64,000 bases of DNA from Protoeuglena noctilucae (Eukaryota): NCBI GenBank assembly GCA_958009085.1, contig OY253687.1, forward strand, positions 62,001 to 126,000, read 5' to 3'. Below are positions 10,940-22,673 of this stretch, in pieces (position 1 is the stretch's first letter; each line of letters starts with the position of its first letter). A model generated the notes under the pieces. It searched no databases. It was given only the letters and a program-made list of their open reading frames with translations, and had not been told where the DNA came from. Made by a program: the position numbers and the translations under genes.

Positions 10940-12003
10940 ATGAGCTCCGTTGACGATATCCTAGCGGAGGTGTCGAGGGAGCTCGGGCCCAAGCACGCCG
11001 CACCAGCTCCCAGGTGGGTCGCAAGATGCTTGCGGCGTTCTTGTTGCACAAATCCGGCTGAACGGTTTTCTTCGCCCCCGTAGCAACCAACCTTACCTTT
11101 GCAGTTCTGTGTTCCCGCAATTGCCGCTCAGGGCATCCATCCCGCGCTGTCGACTGCCAAATGCGACGTCCCTCGACTTGTCCGTGCGCAGGGCGCAGGG
11201 AGCCGCTGGAGTGGCCGCCTCCAAGCCTGCCAATCTGTCAGCTCCTCTTGGGCCGAAAGCGTTGCAGATCGCGTCCGTCTCGTCTGCCCCGGTGGGCCTT
11301 AGGTAGGCCCCGCGATCTGCTTGAGACGTCCGCATGCTCCCTGTACCCCGCGATTCGACGCCTCGCGTCCCTCTCGCAGTGCGAAAGTGTCAGAGGCGTC
11401 GATCCCGTCCCAACACAGCACCGTGGACAGCCTGCTTTCGGAGCTCGAGTCGGCTACGGGGCGAGGCCAGCAGGTGTCCTCCCACCGCGCGAGCGCAGCC
11501 AGCGTGTCCGGGGAGCGCCCTCCGGCCGCCGCGTTCCGACAGAAATGCGCGCCGGGGCCGGTGGTGGGCGGGACGGGCGCGCTTCGGGGCCTGAGTCGCG
11601 AGGGGGAGGCGTGCTGTGACCGACTCCGGTGAGCTTCGTATCGAGGAAAAAGAGGGTCCGTGGGCAGTAGCATGAGTGGCTTACTCTGCAATGCAGTCTG
11701 AGTGGCTTACTCTGCAAGGCATTCGTGCTTCCATATCGTGCTTTGACTCTCCCCTGGCGCGCCCGCAGGTGCACCAAGTGCGACCACCGGGTCGTGGAGC
11801 GGGCCGACTGCGCGTGGGACGCGTCCACGGATTATATATTCGTGCGAAACTACTACCCACACTGGGAGCAGCTGAGGGACCGGCTGTCGCGCAGGCCAGG
11901 CGCCGTGGCCTACACGTGCCAGTGCACCTGGGAGACGGTGGAGGGGACCGTCTACGTGGCGGACCTGGGGCACCGGTGGGTGTGCGGGGGGCACCAACCG
12001 TGA
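10940..12003 (+). CDS. CFAP418: CFAP418/C8orf37 (RMP domain) ciliary protein
   Basis: MSSVDDILAEV start; CDRLR|CTKCDHRV, W..STDYIFVRNYYP, AYTCQCTW and WVCGGH. Confidence 0.88.
11673..11717 (+). repeat. Short intronic tandem duplication (19-bp unit, 26-bp period)
   Basis: tgagtggcttactctgcaa at 11673-11691 and 11699-11717. Confidence 0.9.
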
Positions 12004-12236
12004 AACGGCTGGCGAAGTAAAAGACATGGCGACGGTTTTTCGTTGCACCTGATGACCTCTCTGCGCGGCGCGTGGCACTGCGGGGTACTGGCACCCCCGT
12101 GAGCGCTCCTCTAGCACCCCTGCCCCACTCCGCTGCCCATTTCCGACTTCCTGGCATTAAGGATACTCCCGTCGGCTTGGCTCGCTTGTATATAGAGCAG
12201 CTTGTTCTTTAATGGGCCTCAACGTTGCCGATTTCG

Positions 12237-13952
12237 ATGTCCCCGGTGGCCGTGGGGGCCCCAGGGCCCTCCGTCACCCCTGGTAGCAGTCCTTACATGG
12301 ACACGTTTGTCAGGGTGGGCGACCTGGTCGGCGCGCCGTTCGGCAGCCCAGCGGGGCCGTCTCCAAACGTGGGCACGCCCACGTTCTCTCCCCGCCGTGT
12401 CCTCTTCCCCGAAAACGCGACACAGCTCTTCCCGGTACGGCTTCTCGAAAGCGGTGCAGCAACTGGCGGCGTTACGGGGCCCTGAGTCGCGTCCCGGCGC
12501 CATTTGTTTTTCGCGGATAACTGTTCAAGCTGCAGCGGGCAGCCAGGGCTTCCTCTTGACGATATCGCGCAATGCGCATGCATTGTTATTTGCAGTCAGT
12601 CATATGCATGGCGCGCTTGCCCGAAGCGGCCCCCATTAACGCCAAACCCTGCACGTCTCTGGTCACAGGCAGCCCCTGTGGCGCGCGGGAGCCAGGACCG
12701 GCGGCTCACGCTCAACCACGATGAGGTCACGGCAGATGCCCGTCCCATTGCAGCTCCGACGCACGACGGGACGAAGCTGGTCTTCTTCAACGTCCGCCTC
12801 GCCGCGCCGCTGAAGCGCCCGCGGTCTGCCACCTCCGCAACCGTCCCCGCGGAGCCGACCCTTCGGCTCCTATGTGCAGCGACTGCGAGATACGACCGAT
12901 GCAGCGAGGCCTGGCTCCCGGAGGAGCCGGCGTTCCTCGCCAGCACACACGGCAAGCAGAACTGTGCTCTGCCGCGTGGCTGTCGCCTCGCCCGGGCCGC
13001 CCCGCTCACAATTCACCGACCCGCACCCGCAGACGTGAACGGCGCTGAGGCGATGGCTGCGCTCTGGCGCTACGCGAGCCAGGGCGTGGAGCAGGGTGGA
13101 TCGGTGGTGCTGGTGGCGCATTCACGATTTCACCTGGACGTGCTGGGGAGGATGGTGAGCATCCATGCATGTGTATCCATCTGCATACCTAGTGGCGCGT
13201 GCCGTATCGCCCTGGCTGCTCTCGAGCCTTGCCACTGCTCCCGCTTCACCATAGATAGCAACCCCGCGTGGTCTCTGCAGATGGCATCGGTTCATATTAG
13301 CGTCCCCACCCACCTCCGCCACCGCCTCTGGTTCCTCGACTCCCTCGACCTCGTCGATTCCGTCCGCTACGCCGTCCCCGTCAACCGCCGCACCCTCCCG
13401 AGCCTCCTTCGATTCTTCGGCATGCACCGTCCGCCTGGGGAGGAAGAGCTCAGAACCGAGCACGACCGCGCCGTGGCTCTCCGCAACCGCGTGCCCGGCG
13501 CGGCGGGGCGCCCAACGGAGGGCGGCGGACCCGGGAGCTCCCCAGGGGCCACGCCAGGTGCCGCCTCCCCCGTGGGGCACCGGTGCTCGTCGCGGTGCCC
13601 GGAGGACCTGGGCAGGTTGCTGCAGTACCGGCGCATGGTGCTGGAGCGGTACATGAACGACGAGGAGGTGCGGAGGACGGCGGCGGAGAGGGCGAGCCCG
13701 GGGGCGGCGGTGGGGGTGGACGCGGCGTGGGGCGCGCTGCGGGGTGCGGCGAACGACCTGGCGGCGCTGGCCGGCCCCGCGAGCCGCGACCTGCCGCGGG
13801 CGGTGGCGGCGGCGGCGGAGTTGGGGACGGCACTCGCCAAGTGGCAGGCGCGGGTGCGGTCCTATCGGCAGGAGTCGGGCGGGTTTGCGCTGCGGCTGTG
13901 CCGGCCGGTGGCGTTCCTCGGGCCGGGGACCCCGGCAGTTGTTAGTTCTTAG
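12237..13952 (+). CDS. DEDDh/DnaQ-like exonuclease-fold protein with degenerate catalytic residues
   Basis: LVFFNVRL (ExoI position), VVLVAHSRFHLDVL (ExoII), WFLDSLDL, TLPSLLRFFG and EHDRA occur in the DnaQ order. Introns ~12435-12668 and 13155-13280. Confidence 0.55.
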
Positions 13953-14262
13953 GTCGTTGAACTGCAGCATGGTACACGCGCTTTCCAAAGGCACGCAGCC
14001 GCCACGCTTTGGCTCACACACTCCTGACGCGCGCTGACTCAACCTAGGCAGACGGCGGGGCGGCCCGCACAGGAGCCGCGGCGCGACTCACGGGTGCGCA
14101 TTGTCTAGATCACCACTTTAATTTGCTCGTAATACCGCACTGTGGGTTTTTGGGCGATAGTAACGCGCGTGCAGCTCACGGCCACCGGCGCATCTTGTGC
14201 ACCCCTGCCGCCCGCATAGTCGCGCTTGGTTCTCTAGACAGCGTCACACACAAAGATCCAAA

Positions 14263-15480
14263 ATGCAGCAAAGTCTTGCGCCCATCACGACGCCGCGGAA
14301 GGACGCCGAGGACGCGTCCGTGAACCTCGATGTCGCGACATTTGCGGCCCAGTCGCACCGCGCATGGAGCCGCCTTTCGACGATCCGGCGGGTCCTTTAC
14401 ATCATCTACATCGTTCTGAGTCTCGTCGCGTTCGTCTTGTCCATCATCTACGCGGGTGCGGGCCGCGGGCTCCGGGCTCTGCGACTGCCCTCGCGTGGGG
14501 ATTTGGTTCAGATTCTACCGTCTCCTCTGCGTGCCCCCCCTGCCTCAAGCCACCTCCTCTCCGCTCTCGGTTGCTGCAGGCGTGGCCACGCCGCGGACGC
14601 AGAGCCAGGCCCTCGCCTGGGTCGCGAGGTGCTACCAGGATCCCCCCAGCACCGCCAAGTGGCTCGACCCGCCCGCGACGCCCAACACGTTCCCGTGGGC
14701 CGGCGTCTCGCAGTCGGAGATCGCGAGCCTCCCCAGCAGGGCGCGCGCGATGGTTGCGGGCTTCTTCGTCATCTTCGCCGGCGCCTTCACGTTGCTCGTG
14801 CTACCCCTCCTGGTCCTGATCGAGGCCCTCGGTTCCATCGCCATGGGCACCTTTCGTGAGTCTCTTGGGGGCATCTAAGGCTGTGCATGGGGTACGCAAC
14901 GCTTGCACAGCAAGTAAGCAACAACGCTCTTGGTCTTACCACCCGCAGACATCTCGTGGCTCTTCCGCAAGGCCAACCGCCGCCTGGCAGCCCTCTCCGT
15001 CCTGTCCATGATCACCGGCCTGGTGCTCTTCGCCATGGCCATCACCGCCTACATCACCACGCACATGGAGCAGTTCAACTACGGCTTGTGCCACGGCACG
15101 GCATGGAACTCCGTGTCGTCGCCCTCGACCATGTGAGTGGCCCCAGCGCAGGCAGCGCAGCCTGGGCTGTGTTACAAGGCACGCATCACGGCAATCCGAA
15201 CAGAAGGCTTAAAAGTAACCATGAGCAACCTGCAACTCTTGCCCTCGATGTCCGCAGTGCACAGAAGCCGGCCTTCCTGCACCCCAACTGGAAGCACAAC
15301 GACCCCAAGGCGGTGCCCATCGTGGGCATCCCCTTCATGGGCCTGGTCGGCCTCATCGGGGAGTGCCTGTGCGCGGCATCCGTGGCGATGGGCACCCTGG
15401 CTGTGCACAGGGACGACGACGCGACCGCCCCGGCGTCCCAGAGCGAGGCATACGAGGGCGACAAGGCCGACCACGTGTGA
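14263..15480 (+). CDS. Uncharacterised four-transmembrane protein
   Basis: Four exons joined by GT-AG introns. Four hydrophobic segments (VLYIIYIVLSLVAFVLSIIYA; MVAGFFVIFAGAFTLLVLPLLV; LAALSVLSMITGLVLFAMAI; IVGIPFMGLVGLIG) with a large first loop. Confidence 0.7.
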
Positions 15481-15946
15481 CGCGTGCGACGCGTGCTTCT
15501 AGGCAGCCCAGGCGGTGCGAGGCAGATCATCTGAGCGTTTCTTTGTGTGTTCCTTGGGTCACCATGTCTGCTTATACAGCGGAGCTGTATAAGCCCCAGC
15601 AGCCGTCATAGGGCCGGCAGCCCCAGCTACCACGGGCGGCCATAGTCGTCCTCTGCGCCGTTTTGGCGAGGCGCTCAGGACTCTGCGAGGCTTTTGACAG
15701 TGAAACGCCTTGCGACGTTTGACATTTTGATATTCGGTCAGCAGCTCCCGATCGCTGAAGCACGCCAAGGGCAGCCGCGACGGTGAGGCACCCGGTCCGA
15801 TGACGCCAGGGCCACGAGGACACCCAAGCTGTCTGACCATGCCGTGTGCCGCAGGAAGCCACCCAGCGGGGCTCGTCTCGCAAAGGACCCTACGCCTGGC
15901 AGCAGTCGCGCGTGCACGTGGGCCCCCCCGCTACCACCGGCGCCCT

Positions 15947-17394
15947 TCAGAGGGCCACCTCGCCGTCGAACTTGGACCCCAGCTCCGAGAGCTTCTTGTG
16001 GGAGACAGCGTAGTCGGCAAAGAAGTCCGCCTGGGACGCGGCGTAGCGCTCGGCGTACGGGCGGAAGCCCTCGTCCTCGAAGAGGCACGCGTCCGTGGGG
16101 AGCACGAGGAGGTCCGCGTCGCGCTTCTCCTGAAGGCGCGAGGGGTGGGGGTGACAGGAGTGGTCACCGGATGACAATGCACAGAACGGCTTTTACACAA
16201 AACACACACATGGCCACGTCGTGACTAGTAACTTCCCCATGGCCAGACACGCCCTGGCGCTCGCCTTGATATCGGCGAAGTAGGCGTTGTCGAACTTGAG
16301 CCACTCGGCCGTCCACGACTGCCCGCCCTGGGTGCCCGTGGGGGCGTTCTCCGTGTACTTGGTCGACGGCTTGTCGTTGGCGCCCGAGCGGTTTGAGAAG
16401 GCGCGGCCCACCGTGTGGGCACCCGACAGCGCCACGATGTCCTGGGGAGGTGGTCAGCGAGTGGGTGACTTAGTGGGTGAGTCACCTTCCCATGCCATTC
16501 CCTGAGGTAGAGACACTCCATGCGTTGGAACACGACCGTGTCGCTTGCCCGATCGACACTCCTCGTGTCTGCATACCCCTCACCTGGTCCGTGAGCCCCA
16601 TGCGGTGGAAGACGTCGCGGAGGTGCTGGGCGGGCGACTTGGCGTCCTTGGGGAAGGGGGCCTTGGCGGCGGGGAGGTTGCCCTCGGCGGGGCACTGCTC
16701 GGGGCTCTCCACGTCCACGCGGCCGTAGCGCATCGGGATCTTGGGGCCGCCCATCAGCTCGATCGACAGCGCCGAGCTCATCTGCGGAGGCAGCGGGTGG
16801 GGTGGTGGGTCGTGAATCAACAGCGACGTGATCGGGGCAGCGACGGATGGAAGAGCGTCTGGTCCGCCACTGGCGTGCCATGCCCTGCTCCTCGTCACGT
16901 GCCTGGATGAGGTCCGCCCAGGAGACCTCGGGGACCTGCTCCTTGATCGGGGTGATCAGGGCGACGGCGCCCGCGAGGCCCTTGTTGGCACCGTGGTTGA
17001 TCTCGGGGGCGAAGCGGATGCTGCCGTCGGCGCCACCGCACTTGGGCCACTCCGAGACGGACGCGTCGTGGGTGCCCGAGTCGTGCCACGCGAGGCGGAT
17101 CAGGATGGGGCCGCAGTTCTTCTCCTTGATCAGGGCGGCAAGGAGCTCCTTCGCCTTGGTCAGCTGCTCCACGTTCGGCGCCCTGCGTGGAGTGGGCCGG
17201 CACGGGTGAGGAGCACCGGCCACGCCCACGGGAGATCTCGCATCGCGCGAGGGACAACAGCACGCCACGGAACCATCGCACGACGCAGGGAGGCCCAGAA
17301 GCGGCAGAGACGGCGCGAGGGCCCGCAGCAGGGCCCCCGCCTGCGAGGGTCTCCTCGCGTGTCTGGGAAAGCTCGCGCGCGAGATTGCCAGCAT
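15947..17394 (-). CDS. APX: Ascorbate peroxidase, chloroplast-type
   Basis: [74 protein letters not shown] and [15 protein letters not shown]. The N-terminus is Arg/Ser/Ala-rich and transit-like; the start is approximate. Confidence 0.95.
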
Positions 17395-18379
17395 CTGCAG
17401 CTCGATTGACACGAAAGACGCCCTAGGATCGCACGCACGGTCGCGGGAGGCCCCCGCGAGCCCGCGGGGGGCGCTGGGGCCCGGGAAACATCCGGACCGT
17501 TGGGAGGCCGCGTCGGCGCTTTGCAGACCGATTGCCACGCGCACGTGATTCAGTTGATATCAAACGTCAACAGAGGGTCGGTGACGGCCGACGGGCGACC
17601 GCAGGGGTCGACGAAAGCGGGCCACGAGAGCCCGGCCATCGCCACGCGCCCGCAGAGGGACCGATGGGAGACGGGGAGGGGCGAAACAGTGACCCATATG
17701 GCAAGAGCAGCGCGCTTTATCCAAGCCAGGCGCTGCTGAGCCGCGCACTCACATGGCGCTTTTCCCTCGCTCTGCAACGCCTCCTCGGCCAAAATTCTCA
17801 ATCGCGACGCACAGCAGGAGTATCGCCGATCCAACGGTGATTGCGGCACGCCCGCCGGCCGCCGGGACTCCCGGACTGAGCCAGCGTTTCTGGCGCCAGT
17901 GCGCCGGTGACGCTTCGCGCCCGCTCGGAGCCACCCCGCCCGCGCACGCGCATCGCCACCAAGACCGCATCGCTCGCGCAGCCACGCTACACACCCACTC
18001 GCTTACCGGGTAGGACTCGCCTTCCACGCTCGTCGAGCCGTGCCGCGCCGCGAGGGACTGCGGGGGACTGGTCCATGAACTCGGTTGGCGCTCTCTCTGT
18101 GCCCGCGGCGAGGCAGGCGGCCGCGGTGCACCCGCGCGCAGGTAACGCCCCCGCATGCAAGTCCTTGCCTCCCGCCCCGCGACCCGGCAGGCCTCCCCTG
18201 CCACGCGTGATGGCGACGCCGAGCCGTCCCAAGCGCCCCTTTCCGGCCCGTTGCCCCGGCGATCGTCCCGGCGCGCGTCCCTCTCGGGGCTCCCGCTTCT
18301 GCCCGATCGACGGGCTCGATGCGAAGTTGTTTCGCTTCGAGCTGGGCCGCCTCCGCTATGTCGGACCGGCATCTGCCGC

Positions 18380-20822
18380 ATGATGCGGGCGAACTCCCTC
18401 GCGGGGCTCGGAGGCGCGCTGTCCAGCCCCTCATCTGGGCCGACATTGACTGGCCGCGGGAGCGGTTTCACGCGCCCCGGCCGCCTCGCTGCGACACTGA
18501 CCGCGCCCCTCGTGCGCACCTGGGACCAGGCTAACTCGGTGGGGGCCTGGGACACCTCGTATTTACGTTCAGAGCCCGGACACGGGGGGCATTGCGTCTC
18601 ATGTCCAAACCTTTGCGCCCAAGCTCCCTTCATGCGCTCCCTACCTCCCTCCGCATCATGTTCTGCCAGTGGTTCCACCCTGCCAGACCTGCCGACCTCT
18701 CCAGCCTCCCCCAACCTCATCCGGCTCCTGCTCCTGCCTGCAGCCCGGCCCTCCGTCCTCCGAAGGGTCCGCTGCCCCGCGTACTCGGGCTACCCGGGTC
18801 CGCAGGGCTACCCGGCGCCTTATGGCTCGAGCGTCGGCGGCTACAGCCAGGGCGGGTACGCGGGGGGCTACGGGACGTACGATCAGGGAACGTCGCGGAC
18901 AAGCGACCTCATGCGCGACATCGAGCGCATCATCGTGGAGAACATCCGGGGCCGCGGCAATCGCCGCTGGCAGGAGGTCCAGGGCGCCTTCGTGATGTTC
19001 CCGCCAGACAAGGTCGCCGCCAAGGTCAGTCATGTGCTGCCTCCCCGTGTGCCTGGCGATGCCTGCCACGTGCCCTGCGTCGATAGCCGCGGCGGCGGCC
19101 ACCCAGAGCCCTGAACACACCTCCTGTCGCGCTCTTGCAGGGTGTGGTGCACTTCGTGGGCGGTGCCTCTGTGGGTGCGGCACCCCAGTTCGCGTACAGC
19201 ACGCTTCTGGAGGCCCTGTCCTCCAAGGGCCTCGTCGTGATCGCCACACCGTACAACACGTCCTTCGACCACCTCCGCATCGCCGACGACTGCCACATGC
19301 TCTTTGACATGGCGGTCGGAGCCCTGGGCCCCGAGTACCAGGCGCTGCCCGTCTGGGGCGTCGGCCACTCCCTGGGCAGCCTCGTCCAGCTCCTCATCTC
19401 CGCGCGCTACCCCGGCTTCCCGCGCCGCGGCAACGGTGAGCGCCTGCGCAGGGGACGGCGAGCCTCGGCTCCTTGTGTCAGGGCGTGGCTGCAGTAATGG
19501 ACCTCTGCTCTTGTTCAGCGCACCAGCGACGCAGGATGCTCAACCTCTGAGACGTTATCATCGCGTCTCCCCCGCCTCTTTGATCGCAGTGCTCATGTCG
19601 TTCAACAACCGCCCAGCCAGCGACTCCATCCCCTTCCTCGCCCCGCTCCTCGCCCCTTCCGCGTCCCTTGCCGGCCCGCTGCTCCAGCAGGCGAGTCCTC
19701 TGTTCGCCATTCACAAGCTGAACACGACGCCTTCCCATCAAGCCCAGGCCTTGCGCTGTATATCGTCAAGACATTGAACGGCGCCCCTTGCCCCTTCCGC
19801 GCAGGTGGTGGAGTCGCCCTTCTCGCAGCCCGTCCAGGGCCTGCTGGACCAGATGCGCATGATGTCGCCCAGCATCGTGCGCCAGCTGCTGCCCCTGGTC
19901 GAGCAGCTGCAGCAGATGTACATGGACATGGCAAGGGGAACGCGCGAGTTCATCCCCGCCCCCGACGAGACCCACCGCATCATCCAGGCCTACTACCGCG
20001 TGCCCCGCAACATGCTCATCCGCTTCCGCGACGACAGCATCGACGAGTCGACTGACCTGGCCTCCATGCTGTCCTCCCGGTCGCCCGTGTCTGGCACGCT
20101 CGACCTCGCCATGAAGATCATGCCAGGGGGGCACGGGCGGCCCCTCGCCCAGTCCCTCGTCGAGGTCCCGCCCCAGGTGAGCCAAGGGCCAGCGAACCCT
20201 GACCCAGCCTGTGAACCAACCAAGAGCATGCTCCATGGCTTGTGTCTCATGACAACGCAAGCGCTCACGCAGTAGAGCCCAGTCGAGGGCATTGAACGGC
20301 CCACACCTTGACCATTTCCCTCACGTATCGTCTTCTACCCTTCCTGCGAACCCCAGGTGGCCCGCGTGGGGTCGCGGGTGGCCTCGTCGGGGGCAGAGCT
20401 CTTTGGCCGCGTGGCGCAGCTGGCGGCTGAGGCGGGGATGCCCTCGGGGCCGGGGACGGTCCTCAACACGGCCACGGGCATCGTCAACACGGTGGCGGAC
20501 ACGGTGGCGGTGTCGTCCGAGTCGTCCAACGCGGGGCGGTCGGGTGAGGCTCGCGTGCTGAGGCTGAGCGACACATGCTGCAGACAAACCGCACCCCCGT
20601 CACCCTAACCGCACCCATCTCATCCCTCTGCCCCACTTTCCCAATCTCCCAGTGCTGGCTCGTGACCTGGAGATGCTGGCGGATGAGATTGGTCACTGGA
20701 TGGGTGTGTCGGAGCGGGCGCCGGTGTTCAGCCCTTACCCCGCCGTGCCGCCTCCGCCCCGGGGCTACGCAGTCCGACAGCTGCCCTCCGCGCCCTCCCC
20801 GCCTGCCTACCGGACATACTGA
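18380..20822 (+). CDS. DUF1350 family alpha/beta-hydrolase-like protein, probably plastid-targeted
   Basis: GVVHFVGGASVGAAPQFAY, VIATPYNTSFDH, WGVGHSLGS, VLMSFNN, EFIPAPDET, NMLIRFRDDSIDES and PGGHGRPL. Confidence 0.88.
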
Positions 20823-21455
20823 GGCAGCGCCGCCCAAAGCGCGTGGGACAGGGGCGTGGCTGACCCCTCCCTCGTGCTGTCCCTCCAGCCACCCTGCAAC
20901 CCCCGTGGTGCAGAGCGCGGCTGCGTAGCCAGGCAGCTGCAGCTGCTCGCGCCTCAGCTCATAGATGCGCCACGGACGCCAGCTAGTGGCCATAGCAAGA
21001 GGCGGGGTATGCAGGCCCGCCCTTTGGCAGGCGGACGGCACACGTTCCCGCCTCTTTTCCCAGCAAGCGGTGGCTAGGGTGGTTGCGGCGGCCCTCTGCG
21101 CCAGCCAGACGCCTGGAAACTGGGATGGCACTGTAGCTCTCCGCCAGTTGCTCGTTTTGCGTTTCATCAAGTGCTGGCAGCACGTGGAAGCGTGTTTGCT
21201 TGACATACGAGGTCTGGAGGGCTCAGTTGTTGCAGTCCCTGCCCAGTGCTTCGACCGTCCACTAGCCTGCCCACGGTAGCGCACCCCTTGACTCTCGTGT
21301 TTACACGTTGGTAGACCCAAGCGCGGTCGCTCGTTCTGAGCGCCGCGCTCCGTTGAACTACAGCGCTCTCGCATTTGCAGCACGACATGTATGCAACAGC
21401 AGCGCCATCTCAAATGCACAACGTCAACCAGACCTCATAACCTGCTGCCCCTCCG

Positions 21456-22357
21456 CTACCCTTCTGGCAGCGGCCCCCGCCCCTGCCTCACAGCCCACAT
21501 CTCAGGTCTCTCCAGCTTGACCCACCGCGTCAGCCGCTGGGCCAACGCAGCGAGAGCCGCATCGGCAGCCGCACGCATCGCAAAGGGGCCCACCACAAAC
21601 GCCTCCACGATCGTCACCGGCAGCGCAGGCGTGTCGTCGCCATCTTCTGCCGAAGCGTGGCCCGACGGTGGCCTGAACACCTGCGCACAGGCGAGGTGGG
21701 ACTTGTCGTCATCGCCTCAGCGTAGTCGTGCATGACATGCAGGCTTCAAAGGCGCTCGGGCTGGCGTCCTCGGAGCGTCCCACGAGTGAACTCCCCATTC
21801 GTGACTCGCCTGCACTGCCCTGACCGTCACGGGGACCTGTTGGCTGAAAAGGCACCACTCCGCGCCACGCTTGACGACTCGGGACGTCACGCGCAGGCCC
21901 ATCGCGGACCAGGTCTCGACCGCCCGCGGACCAGCCATCTCGCACATCGTCACGTCCCGCACGAGGCTCTGGGCTTCGACGCCCGTGGCCACGCGATACC
22001 TGATCATCACCCACGCCTCATCGCCCACGGGACCCTCGCCCTCCTCGTCGTCGTCCTCCCGCAGCGTGCGTGTCAATCGATACGTCGGCTTCAAAAGCAT
22101 CTGCAAGGCGTGACGCACGCGGGCATCGGCACGACGATGCGGAGATTGGCTTGCAGTGCCGCAAAGGGTGCAGGACCCCAGCGCCGTCAATCATCCTGCG
22201 CGGCGGTGCATGCGCCCACCTTGAAATCTGGCTCTAGTGTGACCTCCTCGATGGCCAGGTCCCGCGGTGGGCGACCAGACGCGGCGGAGAGAGCGTCTCG
22301 CAAGCGGTCCACCTCGTCTCCATCCGGAGAAAGCACCCCCACCAGGCGACACTCCAT
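21456..22357 (-). CDS. MED18: Mediator subunit 18-like (CYTH fold)
   Basis: MECRLVGVL start, WSAMGLRVTSRVVKRG, VTVRAVQ|VFR, IVEAFV and LAQRLTRWVKLERP follow the plant MED18 pattern. Three exons. Confidence 0.65.
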
Positions 22358-22673
22358 GCCGACTGTGATACGACGATACCAAGCACAGAGGCAGTGGTTC
22401 CAATCAAATGCAGGCCTTCTCGATGGCGAGCTTTGATGCGCTGGAAGGTGCGCCCCTATGTAGACTCTTGTGCTATATCTAGCGAGGTGGAGATACATGC
22501 GCACGACGTGGACGCAAGATGTGATTGCTGGCGCGCTCGCCACGCTGAAATTGCATCGCCGGCGCCTCTGGCAGGGTCTCAACCCTCGTCGTCAGGGCGA
22601 AACAAGGGTTCCATTGTCCATCCGCGGGCTGTGTCCATCCGTGCGACATGCGTCGTACCTGGGGACGCTGGAG

